Shown here one piece after another: positions 20,507 to 29,979 of a stretch of DNA of 38,637 nucleotides. The translations under genes were made by a program, and so were the position numbers. The DNA is from an uncultured Clostridia bacterium (GTDB lineage Bacteria > Bacillota > Clostridia > Christensenellales > UBA1242), in assembly GCA_944377455.1 (NCBI GenBank), contig CALWEZ010000041.1, forward strand, positions 1-38,637, given 5' to 3'. Within the stretch, counting starts at the first letter, position 1; every line of letters begins with the position of its first letter. Below the pieces are notes generated by a model. That model searched no databases, had not been told where the DNA came from, and was given only the letters and a program-made list of their open reading frames with translations.

Positions 20507-21928
20507 TTATATTTGACCATTTAATCTCAACCTTTTCATAAGGCGCTCCTTGTCCTTTTGTATCTCCGTCTTTTTGACCTTTGGAACATTTTTTGGCTTT
20601 GTCATCAAATAATAGCGGAGTTCGTCCAGCGCGTGGTCGTCCTTCTTAATAGGATTGTCGCCGTCACCCCACCAATATGATTTAAACTCACGAATAAGAT
20701 TTACGCAGTTTTTAAAAATATAAAGTCTTACTCGCCCGTCGGCAGTTCTAAGATAACTCTTCACTGTGGCAATACCTGAAAACATATCCTTGTTGACCTT
20801 TGTGTTAACGTTTATCCCATTTTCGCTGAAAAGTTCCACCACCGTCTTTTCGCTCGACAGTGTCCTTTGGCTTGCCGCTGGGTCGATGAGGGCGGATAGT
20901 TTCCCCGAGCTATTCCGCTTCCAATTCATTCTATCTGCAATTTTTTTGATGCAATTTGCATGATATGAGACATCTTTTTCGCTCTCAAAGTGCTCAGCAA
21001 CAACATAGACATTGCCGTCAAAGTCGACTGCATAAAAGTGTGCCGAAAGTGGATTGTGAAGCCCTGGGTCGATGGAGATATTATCCTGCCATTCCGCTGG
21101 CACGTCAAAAGGTTCAATCACATGCACATTTTCGTCAAACTCGCTGTAAACAAGTCCACTTGTGGCGATAAACTTGCCATACCGCCTTGCCTCCACCTCT
21201 TCTGCCGACATCGACTTTGTCATACTCTCAATTTCATCACTCGAGAGAAATGGATTGTCCGCCCACTCAATCTGCTCATACCAAACTTCTTTGTCGTCAT
21301 TTTCATTTAGATAGATTGTATTATACACCCATGTGAGCCCTTTTAGCGGTGTCATTGTGCCGAAGATTTCTCCGCGCCTATCAAGCACCCTCATGCGACA
21401 TTCTTGATATATGTCATAAGGTGGCTCTTCATCAAACCAGACATAGTCTAAACTTGCGCCCTGAAACTTTTCTCGCCCTTGGTCACACGATTTAAAACCA
21501 ATTTTGCTGAGTCCGCCACATTCACTTCGCACTAAAATAAAATCGATAACTCCGCTGTCCAAACTCCCCTGCGCGCCTGTCACCATAACCACCTTTTCAA
21601 TCGACGACGGCGGAAGATAGTGAAGTATCTTTTGTTGCGCCACATCGCGTTGCACCTGCCGTGAAAGAGAAACCACCCACCCTTCCGTCACTTTGTTTTT
21701 CCTATATGGATGGATGCCCAGTGCCAGATATACCACTTCCACCGCCCCGCACTCAGTTTTGCCAGAACGATTGCCACCAAAAACCCATCGATTCCTTTTT
21801 TCGCATTTATGAAAAAGCAGTTGTTTTTTATGCACCTTTTTGCCCTTGTTGTATCTATATATAGGTAGATGTTTTCTCTTTTTTATCTCATTTTCAATCT
21901 TTAAGATGTTAAAAATTGTTTCTTCCAT
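20507..21928 (-). CDS. Phage terminase large subunit (ATPase plus RNase H-like nuclease), intact and orphan
   Basis: KQ adenine motif, Walker A GGNRSGKT, Walker B VWFDEE, coupling motif TMTP, nuclease SIDPG and DDHALDELRY. Start probably ATG 21928 after GGAG. Confidence 0.9.
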   Translation of the reverse strand: MEETIFNILKIENEIKKRKHLPIYRYNKGKKVHKKQLLFHKCEKRNRWVFGGNRSGKTECGAVEVVYLALGIHPYRKNKVTEGWVVSLSRQVQRDVAQQKILHYLPPSSIEKVVMVTGAQGSLDSGVIDFILVRSECGGLSKIGFKSCDQGREKFQGASLDYVWFDEEPPYDIYQECRMRVLDRRGEIFGTMTPLKGLTWVYNTIYLNENDDKEVWYEQIEWADNPFLSSDEIESMTKSMSAEEVEARRYGKFIATSGLVYSEFDENVHVIEPFDVPAEWQDNISIDPGLHNPLSAHFYAVDFDGNVYVVAEHFESEKDVSYHANCIKKIADRMNWKRNSSGKLSALIDPAASQRTLSSEKTVVELFSENGINVNTKVNKDMFSGIATVKSYLRTADGRVRLYIFKNCVNLIREFKSYWWGDGDNPIKKDDHALDELRYYLMTKPKNVPKVKKTEIQKDKERLMKRLRLNGQI

Positions 21929-22020
21929 TTCTTCTCCAAAAAACAAAAATATTCGCTTTTATATATATTTAGACAAATTTCTTCTAAACCTCTTAAAAGC
22001 GAAAGATTTATAATTTAAGC

Positions 22021-22788
22021 ATGAAAAAAATTATCTTTCTTCTAATATTATCTCTCATATTCCCAATCAGCCCAAACTTTGCAAGCGCCGAAGTGGATGG
22101 CGATTTCTATGGCAAAATAGCGTCCGAAAATGTCCAATTTCTCTCATCGCCAAACTCAAATTCCGCATTGTTTACTCTGCCCTATTCCTACTTTGTCAAG
22201 ATAAACGACGTCTTAGACGATTTTTATGAAGTGGTGTATAAGGATTTAACTGGCTATGTTGCCAAAAGCGACATTAGGCTTATGGAAGGAGTGCCAAACA
22301 CGCCATATCTAAACCTAAACTTTTCCATTTTCACACCTTACTATCTCTATGAACTGCCAAACACCAACTCGAGCGCCTACTGCGAACTTGATGACACGCA
22401 ATCATTCTCGTATTACGGCACGCTCTCTGGCGAAGAGGTCAGTGACAGAAGCGATGTTTGGTATTACGCCTCAGTCACCATTTCAGGAACGACCTATCAC
22501 GGCTATATCTACTCTGAAATAACCAACACCTTGCCTGAAATCACGATAAACAGCGAAGTTTTCACAGAGGTCGACGAAGGCGCGCTTTTTAACTCCACAC
22601 CTGAATTTAACTCGCTATCCACAGGCACAAAGGTCTTGCTTATTGTGGCAATCACCGTGCCGAGCGTGTTCATTCTCTACTTTTTAATCAAGCCAAACAA
22701 ACTTACTAAAAGCAAGGCAAAACCTGAGAAGAAAGTCAGAAAAATTCATCATGGCGACTATTTCGAGTTCGACGACAGCGACTTATAA
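22021..22788 (+). CDS. Secreted, membrane-anchored protein with SH3-like domains
   Basis: Signal peptide ending ASA, FYEVVYKDLTGYV and VWYYASV...GYIY SH3b-like segments, C-terminal TM helix and basic tail. Confidence 0.7.
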   Translation: MKKIIFLLILSLIFPISPNFASAEVDGDFYGKIASENVQFLSSPNSNSALFTLPYSYFVKINDVLDDFYEVVYKDLTGYVAKSDIRLMEGVPNTPYLNLNFSIFTPYYLYELPNTNSSAYCELDDTQSFSYYGTLSGEEVSDRSDVWYYASVTISGTTYHGYIYSEITNTLPEITINSEVFTEVDEGALFNSTPEFNSLSTGTKVLLIVAITVPSVFILYFLIKPNKLTKSKAKPEKKVRKIHHGDYFEFDDSDL

Positions 22789-22865
22789 GTTTAGAATTTT
22801 AATATCTTTTAGCAAATTATATTGAGTTTCATTTATAACTATAAAGTCGCATTAGCCTTCACTTG

Positions 22866-23363
22866 TTATAGCGCAATCTTTTTTATCTCCACCTCGTCAG
22901 TTTTAGAGGATTGAATGTCGTAGTAATAATTTAAAATCCACTTTTCACTTTTAAGTTTGTTTTGAAGGCTAAGGCTGTTATAACCCATATTCAACAACTT
23001 TTTTGTGAAAGATGTTTCCGCCTTGTCCAATCTTCTAAACACCGTTCTCAAACCCAATCCCTTTTCAAAAGCAATATCTTTAAATTTCATGCCTTCAATA
23101 TAACGGCAGATAAGGATGTCCGCCTCATTTTGCCCAATCTTTGTAAGGATGTCCTCAACGAGCAATTTCAAATTGATAAGCGTCACCTTTCTCTCGCCTA
23201 GTTCAATCAATTTGTTCGAGGTCGATAAAACATCATTCCCTTCCAACGAAAAATGATAGGAATTTAAAGCGGTCTTAAGCACAATTCTGTCGATTGCGTC
23301 CGAAACTGTCTCCAAATGCCTATAAACTCCAAGCAATGTTTTAGCCCAAATATTTTCTTTCAT
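22866..23363 (-). CDS. RinA/ArpU-like phage-type transcriptional activator (sigma region 4-like HTH)
   Basis: ILICRYIEGMKFKDIAFEKGLGLRTVFRRLDKA after a helical region. Start ATG 23363 after AAAGGAG. TTGACT-18-TATAAT at 23390-23419. Confidence 0.7.
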   Translation of the reverse strand: MKENIWAKTLLGVYRHLETVSDAIDRIVLKTALNSYHFSLEGNDVLSTSNKLIELGERKVTLINLKLLVEDILTKIGQNEADILICRYIEGMKFKDIAFEKGLGLRTVFRRLDKAETSFTKKLLNMGYNSLSLQNKLKSEKWILNYYYDIQSSKTDEVEIKKIAL

Positions 23364-23548
23364 AACACTCTCCTTTGTAACCATGAAAAATTATAAATAA
23401 TAAAAAATGGCAAAGTCAAAATTTATGCCATTTATTTTTTAACTATTTTTACAATATTTTACAATTACCAAAAATATGGCGTCATTTTGACGGCACTTTT
23501 GCCAGTTTTTGCCGAAAAACCCATATTAATAGAGATATGTATCGAAAA

Positions 23549-23647
23549 TTATTGAGATTTGTCTTTTAAAAACATCTTGAGAAAGGGAACCATCCAGCGT
23601 GGTGCTTTTATGCAAATTATCCTAATATTCTTCTTTTCTTTTTCCAT
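23549..23647 (-). CDS. spoVM: Unannotated SpoVM-like amphipathic peptide MEKEKKNIRIICIKAPRWMVPFLKMFLKDKSQ
   Basis: The pattern hydrophobic-IKxP-(K/R)(F/W)-amphipathic helix-basic tail matches SpoVM (B. subtilis MKFYTIKLPKFLGGIVRAML...). Preceded by GCACA-16-CATAGAA, a mother-cell sigma-like promoter. Confidence 0.7.
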   Translation of the reverse strand: MEKEKKNIRIICIKAPRWMVPFLKMFLKDKSQ

Positions 23648-23800
23648 AATATTTTCTATGCGAAAGACTCACGAAATGTGCTAGTGTTTTCCTTTTTCAT
23701 TTTTAAAATAAAAGTCATGATATTGTAAGTATTTTAAAATTTTAATGAAAACACCTCTTTTTTATTGTTATTTACATAAAAAATTTGTTATAATATATAT

Positions 23801-24583
23801 ATGAATAAAAGTGGAAAGCAAATAAGTAAAACAAGACTCGCATTTTTTATAATTTTCAGCATTCTCATTTTGGCATGCGCTGTCTTTTCTTTAATCTTGC
23901 CAGAACTTGCCATTGACACATCAGCATGGGCATGGCTAAGCGAAAGTTTGATTAAAATGGTGGCAATAGGGCTTGTCTTTCTCATGAGCCTATGTCTATT
24001 AAAAATCAATAAAAAAAGCATATTCTTAACAATTTCCCTAATCGCTTATTGCGTTGCCGCCTACTTTTTGTTCAGTTTAAGTGACGCCGAAAACCTAGAC
24101 CAAATCACATTGGCGCAAGACATCATGCTCTACTCCATGCTCGCCCACCAACTTGTGCTTGCCGTCTACTCTGTTGTCATCTCAAAAGGCGCGGGACTAA
24201 AGGTGTTAAACATCGCCGTTCGCGTTGGACTAAGTTTAATCGCCTACTTTTTGCTGACAGAGTATTTGCCAGAATATTTCGACCTAAGAAATTCGCTTTT
24301 CATAATTTATCTCATCAATTCTTTGGTCACACTTATTTCCTTTAGTTGTTGTTTCAAAAAATATTTCTTAATGATTTTTGGTGTTCTTCTCTCAACCGTT
24401 GGCGCGGTGTTCTACGCCTTCTCGTTTGGCTGGCTCACCCTATTTAACATCACTGGAAACTTTGCCGAATTTGTGACCTCTTTCGATTTTGGTTTCCTAC
24501 TTTCCATAATCGGCATATACCTAATAGGATGCGAAGCGGTTTTCTCAGGCATCTACAAAAACAGCCACCTAACAACGCTGTAA
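23801..24583 (+). CDS. Multi-pass membrane protein of unknown function
   Basis: About 8 hydrophobic helices. Extended TATAAT 6 nt before the ATG. Terminator at 24691-24715. Confidence 0.75.
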   Translation: MNKSGKQISKTRLAFFIIFSILILACAVFSLILPELAIDTSAWAWLSESLIKMVAIGLVFLMSLCLLKINKKSIFLTISLIAYCVAAYFLFSLSDAENLDQITLAQDIMLYSMLAHQLVLAVYSVVISKGAGLKVLNIAVRVGLSLIAYFLLTEYLPEYFDLRNSLFIIYLINSLVTLISFSCCFKKYFLMIFGVLLSTVGAVFYAFSFGWLTLFNITGNFAEFVTSFDFGFLLSIIGIYLIGCEAVFSGIYKNSHLTTL

Positions 24584-24851
24584 AAATTAAATTTTTCTAT
24601 AATTCGCACTCAATTTTCACATAGAATATTTAACTTAAAAACACAATAATTCTCCACGCAAAATTAAAAACTTAACTCGTTTTTAAAATCAAAGATGTTT
24701 AAAACATCTTTTTTTATGTGATTAATATGAAAATTATAAATATAAAAAAAATCCAAACCTAAAATAATTGAAACGCTGTTCAAATTAACCACGCAACTAG
24801 ATAAAAAGCAAAATAATTGCAAATAAAAAACAAGCGAAACGCTTGCTTAAA

Positions 24852-25187
24852 TCAGATAGACTGTAAGCCGAGTTCTGTATCAAACGGTCATCTTTCTAGT
24901 TTTGCTGTCGCCAGCAAAATCAAGCGGTATTTTTGTTGGGCATGAAAGAACACATATGCGCCCAAACTTAACCTTGCATCGGGTGGGGTTTACAGAGCAA
25001 AAAGTGTTACCACTTTCCCGGTAGGCTCTTACCCTACCTTTCCACCATCACCAAAAGGCAGTCTATTTCTGTTGCACTATCCTTAGAGTCGCCTCCACCA
25101 GCCGTTAACTGGCACCCTGTTCTTTAGATGCTCGGACTTTCCTCGCTTTATCGTTAGTCGATAAACCGCGACCGTCTGTCTATCTGA
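24852..25187 (-). ncRNA. rnpB: RNase P RNA (bacterial type A-like)
   Basis: Minus strand has GAGGAAAGTCC, AGTGCAACAGAAA, GTAAACCCC and ACAGAACTCGGCTTA. Terminal P1 TCAGATAGAC/GTCTATCTGA. TTGACA-18-TATAAT promoter at 25194-25223. Confidence 0.96.
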
Positions 25188-25306
25188 CGCCTAATTATAC
25201 CAAACTCCCCACCCTTTTGTCAAGTCGCGGATAAAATTTGTTCAAACCTAAGTATTGACAAGAATTAAATTTTATGTTAGAATACAACTAACAAAAAGGA
25301 GAGAAT

Positions 25307-25756
25307 ATGAATATAGACAGAAAATTTGACCGCGATGGAAATCGAATATCAATTTCTAAAGATGAATTTAAAAAACTTTCGGACAAGTCAAAACTCACTC
25401 TTATTCTTTCAACCGCACACGGAAGAAACTTATTTAGAAAAAGCATTAAAAATTTGTTTGATTTTGATATGCCACTAGAGCCAGAGCCTTATTTTCCAAC
25501 AATGTATAGTATTAAAAATAACTTTGTTTTTGTAGCAAGCGAAAAAGAACAGACTAACAAATTAACTCCATCGTCCGATGAATTGGATTATGCAGTTGCG
25601 CCTCTTGAACTTGAAGAAGATTTTCACGAAATTATAGAAGAAATTATTGCAAAGAAAGAAAACAAGCCAATAATTGTAGATGCAATAAAAGAACTTAACA
25701 CTCAGCCTATAGTCAAAAAGAATGCAGAAAATGCTAAAATGGAAATGGAACGATAA
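25307..25756 (+). CDS. Hypothetical protein
   Basis: AAAGGAG RBS, TTGACA-17-TAGAAT promoter (25255-25283) and a bidirectional terminator at 25781-25810. No motif recognised. Confidence 0.7.
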   Translation: MNIDRKFDRDGNRISISKDEFKKLSDKSKLTLILSTAHGRNLFRKSIKNLFDFDMPLEPEPYFPTMYSIKNNFVFVASEKEQTNKLTPSSDELDYAVAPLELEEDFHEIIEEIIAKKENKPIIVDAIKELNTQPIVKKNAENAKMEMER

Positions 25757-25853
25757 AATCTTTTATAAATAACACATCAAAAAAACTTTATCTAAATTGA
25801 TAAAGTTTTTATTTTATGATAAAATCTAATAAATTTTATTTTATATACAACTT

Positions 25854-27209
25854 CTATCCAACATTAAAAATTTGTTTAACTTTTCCATGCTTATCGGCAC
25901 TGAAGCCTTGCATGATACCGTCTTGCGAAACCTTGATGCCCACGCCGTAGCGCGCCATGCTTTTGGTCGCTGCCAGCCTTCCGCCACCGAGACTTCCTGC
26001 CTCAATTTTAAGAATTGCGCCAACTGCAATAATTGTTCCGTCAAAGTCCACAACCGTTGCACCATCAATACCAACAAGATTTTCAAGAAGTCGCCTATCG
26101 AGTTCATAAAGTTTTTTGCCTGCAATGATATTTCTTATCGCCTTTGCCTTCACGCAGTTAAATTTTGTCAAATACTCTTCATAAGTTATATTCTCATCAT
26201 ACGGAAGTGGGTTTGAAACGTTGTATAGTTTTGCGCTTTCTGCAAGTTCCATTTGCTTTTTCGCCTCAAAGTGAGTTTCCGAGATAATGTCGGCAATATT
26301 GATAAGTTTAAGCGCATCGTTCGTCTTATCCTTATTGAGATAGCAAATGCACGCGCCCATATATCCAAACGAGCAGTCAAGTGCAGTGTTGTAAATCGCC
26401 CGCCTAATCTGCTTTGCTGTGTAGGAAACATTGTTGTATAGAAGTCTTATTATTTCATCATGCGAATAAACGCACCACTTGCCGTTACGCTTTGCAAACA
26501 TAAGTTGGCGAGCATAGAAAATTAGAATGTCGCCCTTTGTTGTCAGCACAATACCCACTCTCTTATCGTTACAACTTCGCGCCACCCTATCAAATATATA
26601 CGGCGAAACGGTCGGCGCTTTCTTAGGATTTTTTAAATTAGTGTAGCCAATCAAACTGCCCTTTCTGTCAAACTCCACAAACGAAGAAACGCCATCGGTG
26701 ATTCGAACAAAAAACTCGCGGTTCATAATTTCGCTGTAATTGACCTGCTTGGTGTCATCCACCACATTAGAGAGATTGACAAAAACTCCCATGGAAACGT
26801 TTGTGCCCTCATAGGTTCTCGTCGACCAGCGCTCTAACGAGGATATTATTCCAATGATAGTCTCCGACGCAACATCAGAGGTTATGCTGTCGATAAGCGC
26901 CTTTTCAATAATGGTATTTTGCAACTTTTGCAAATATACCGTGTTTTCAAGACCTGCTTCCGTCAAAGTAGAAATCTCTTCAAGGATTGTTTTAATTAGG
27001 CTGACCTCAAATGATTTAAATGGCTGACCTCTTTTCAAAATCACTCTATATTCATCAATCTTACTCGGTTTAAGCAAAACAGAATTAGCCTTGCCAAGTG
27101 CCACCTCCAAATCTCTTGAAGATGACTCTGTTTCTCCCGCAACAAAAGACCCCGTAAAAAGCGGGATTATCATTTTGTTGACAAATTCATAAAAATGCGA
27201 CTTATCCAT
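25854..27209 (-). CDS. DAC (DisA_N)-domain protein with a large N-terminal domain and a non-canonical active-site motif
   Basis: C-terminal LVGIDGATVV...GAIL...GGGRLAAT...IKVSQDG matches the DGA / G.RHR.A / SEE-type DAC layout. Confidence 0.75.
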   Translation of the reverse strand: MDKSHFYEFVNKMIIPLFTGSFVAGETESSSRDLEVALGKANSVLLKPSKIDEYRVILKRGQPFKSFEVSLIKTILEEISTLTEAGLENTVYLQKLQNTIIEKALIDSITSDVASETIIGIISSLERWSTRTYEGTNVSMGVFVNLSNVVDDTKQVNYSEIMNREFFVRITDGVSSFVEFDRKGSLIGYTNLKNPKKAPTVSPYIFDRVARSCNDKRVGIVLTTKGDILIFYARQLMFAKRNGKWCVYSHDEIIRLLYNNVSYTAKQIRRAIYNTALDCSFGYMGACICYLNKDKTNDALKLINIADIISETHFEAKKQMELAESAKLYNVSNPLPYDENITYEEYLTKFNCVKAKAIRNIIAGKKLYELDRRLLENLVGIDGATVVDFDGTIIAVGAILKIEAGSLGGGRLAATKSMARYGVGIKVSQDGIMQGFSADKHGKVKQIFNVG

Positions 27210-27551
27210 GCTTAACCCTTATCTCATATATATTTATAATAAAATTAAAAAAACACCCTGTCAAGCAATTTGAATTGATTTTTGGAAAAAATTTTCAAAA
27301 AATATGCATTTTTTCAAAAAATAATCAATTTTTATGCCATTTTTTGAAGATTTTTGGTTTTTATGGTTTTTATATAAATTTAAAATATACAAAATTCAAT
27401 ATTAAATTAATAAATATTTATCCTATTAATTATTTTATATTTATAAAAATTTAGAAAAATATTCATAATTATATTTTTAATTAATATTTATTTTTATTAT
27501 TATATCAAAAAAATGCGCTAATTTTTATAGCGCAAATTTTTTAAGTATTTT

Positions 27552-28127
27552 TCAAACTTTCTTTCTGGATACACTGAGTCCGTCGCCAAAATCATAGACC
27601 GTGGTGTCAAAGTCATCATCGCAACTTATCGCCTCAAGAAATTTGCGAAGATTGACAACAAGTGTTCGAAGTTTGTGTTTAACAAAACCGCCATTTTTGA
27701 CTAAGCCATGAAAGTAAACATTGTCGGCAACAAGCAGTCCATTTTTATTTAACATCCTTTTAAGATATGGAAGATAGTTTATATATTGCCCTTTCGGACC
27801 ATCCAAAAATATCAAATCAAACTTGCCTATATCTTCTCTTTCAATATATTCGCCAGCGTCGCACTCGACAACTTTAACTCTATCTTTGAATGGTTCTAAA
27901 TTTTTTCGCGCAAGTTCCGCGTTCTCTTTAACCTTTTCCAAAGTCACAACTAAAGCCTCGCATGACGAGAGCATAACCGAAGCGGAATAGCCGATATAGG
28001 TGCCTATCTCAAGTATCCTTTTAGGCTTGTTCTCGGCACAAAGTTTAGATAAAAAAGACATGCTCTCATCTTTCATGATGGGAACATATTCGTCTTTATT
28101 GAAACCCTCAAATTCTCTCTTTTCCAT
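27552..28127 (-). CDS. O-methyltransferase, YrrM/TrmR-like
   Basis: ILEIGTYIGYS, FDLIFLDGPKGQY, VADNV and GDGL motifs. Directly downstream of rnj. Confidence 0.88.
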   Translation of the reverse strand: MEKREFEGFNKDEYVPIMKDESMSFLSKLCAENKPKRILEIGTYIGYSASVMLSSCEALVVTLEKVKENAELARKNLEPFKDRVKVVECDAGEYIEREDIGKFDLIFLDGPKGQYINYLPYLKRMLNKNGLLVADNVYFHGLVKNGGFVKHKLRTLVVNLRKFLEAISCDDDFDTTVYDFGDGLSVSRKKV

Positions 28128-28129
28128 AG

Positions 28130-29785
28130 TTAATTCAAGAACACAATCGCAATAACCATAGGACGTCGCTTTGTGCGTTTAAAGATGAAGTTACTTAGAT
28201 TTCTTCTTATGGTGTTTCTAATCACTGTAGGTTCAGCGCCTCTCAAATCTTGCTCTTTTAGCGATGCGATAATCATATTTTTAGCGTCCTGCACAAAACT
28301 TTCCGCCTCATCTTGATAAACCACTCCGCGCGTGATAATGAATGGATCGCCTGTGACATTGCCCGAAACATTGTTGATGTTCACAACCACCACGCAGAAG
28401 CCGTCCTCTGAAAGTTGTTTTCTTTCGCGAAGCACATTGCTGTCCATATCGCCGATGCCAGAGCCGTCGACAAGGCGTTGACCTGCTGTCACAACACCCG
28501 ACTTTTTCAAACTGTTTGGCGAAAGTTCCACTTGAAGTCCGATTGTTGGCAGAAGAATATTTCTCTCTTCCATACCAAGCGCCATGGCAAGTTGTTTGTG
28601 CATCCTTAAATGTCTATATTCGCCGTGAATTGGAATGAAGAATTTTGGTTTACAAAGTGAGTGCATAATTTTGATTTCTTCTTGGCAAGCGTGACCTGAT
28701 GCATGCACATCGGTGAGTTCGTCATAGATGACATCCGCACCCTTTTGATAGAGCGCGTTGATAACATTGTATACGCCCTTTTCGTTACCCGGAATAGGCG
28801 AAGATGAGAAAACGATAAGGTCGTTCTCGCCGATTTTTATCCCCTTAAAATCATCCGCCGCCATTCTTGTGAGCGCGCTCATAGGCTCGCCCTGACTTCC
28901 TGTTGTCACAATGAGAAGTTCGCTATCAGCATATTTATTTATCTTATCAATATCAATCAAATTCTTCTTATCAAAGGAAATTTCGCCAAGTTTCAAGCCA
29001 ACTTCCGAGATGTTGACCATGCTCCTGCCAGTAAACGCCACCTTTCTGCCGAACTTTTCGGCTAAGTTCAAAATTTGTTGAAGCCTGTGGATATTTGAAG
29101 CGAAAGTTGCCACAAAAATGCGGTTCTTTGGATGCTTTTCGAAAATCTCTTCAAGCGCTCTACCCACACTCTTTTCGCTCATCGAATAACCTTTACGGCA
29201 AACGTTTGTGCTTTCGCAAAGTAGAAGATTGACGCCTTTTTTGCCTAGTTCGCCAAAGCGTTGAAGGTCGGTCATCACTCCGTCGATAGGCTCAAAGTCG
29301 ATTTTAAAGTCGCCGGTGTGGATGACGTTGCCCGCTGGCGTGGAAATGCAAAGCGCCATTGAGCCTGCGATTGAGTGTGAAACCTTGATAAATTCAATCG
29401 CAAAAGGGCCAATTTTAAGCACGTTTTTAGGTTTAACAGAAATCGCCTTATACTGTACTTTTGGATATTCTTTCATCTTGTTTTCGATAAGCGCAAGCGT
29501 CAGTCTGCTTCCGTAAATCGGCGCGTTAATCTTGTCAAGCACGAAAGGTAGCCCACCGATGTGGTCCTCGTGTCCGTGTGTTAAAATGATGGCACGAATT
29601 TTGTCTTTATTTGCAATCAAGTATGAAATATCTGGAACGACCACATCAATTCCAGGTAAGTCATCGTCTGGAAAAGTCAGTCCAGCGTCGACAACAACCA
29701 TATCGTCGCCATACTCAAACACCGTCATATTCTTGCCGATTTCGCCAACTCCTCCCAAAAATGTTATTTTAAGTTTGTTGTTCAT
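28130..29785 (-). CDS. rnj: Ribonuclease J
   Basis: GGVGEIGKN, THGHEDHIG, HTGDFK, ESTN, GSQGEP, HASGH and HGEYRH motifs. Confidence 0.96.
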   Translation of the reverse strand: MNNKLKITFLGGVGEIGKNMTVFEYGDDMVVVDAGLTFPDDDLPGIDVVVPDISYLIANKDKIRAIILTHGHEDHIGGLPFVLDKINAPIYGSRLTLALIENKMKEYPKVQYKAISVKPKNVLKIGPFAIEFIKVSHSIAGSMALCISTPAGNVIHTGDFKIDFEPIDGVMTDLQRFGELGKKGVNLLLCESTNVCRKGYSMSEKSVGRALEEIFEKHPKNRIFVATFASNIHRLQQILNLAEKFGRKVAFTGRSMVNISEVGLKLGEISFDKKNLIDIDKINKYADSELLIVTTGSQGEPMSALTRMAADDFKGIKIGENDLIVFSSSPIPGNEKGVYNVINALYQKGADVIYDELTDVHASGHACQEEIKIMHSLCKPKFFIPIHGEYRHLRMHKQLAMALGMEERNILLPTIGLQVELSPNSLKKSGVVTAGQRLVDGSGIGDMDSNVLRERKQLSEDGFCVVVVNINNVSGNVTGDPFIITRGVVYQDEAESFVQDAKNMIIASLKEQDLRGAEPTVIRNTIRRNLSNFIFKRTKRRPMVIAIVFLN

Positions 29786-29979
29786 ATTGTCTCCTTTTAA
29801 CTATTTGTATTTAAATCATAAAAAACTTTTCAACATGCAAAAAGTTCTTCATGTATATGAAAATTTTTTATAACTATTTAACTTTAACTTTTGTGAATTT
29901 GCGCACAAAATTGTATTTTTATTTAATAAATTTTAGTTTTTTTCGCCTAAATTATGCTAATTTTATAATTTTGCATAAG

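Noticed and set aside
19488-24583. A complete prophage around the terminase
   Set aside because: No integrase, replication, structural or lysis genes were seen, gene orientations are mixed, and no att repeats were found.
27265-27551. Extremely AT-rich stretch as a possible origin or foreign DNA
   Set aside because: Other intergenic regions (14300-14460, 34510-34800) are similarly AT-rich. Only a terminator-like hairpin (about 27510-27540) is evident.
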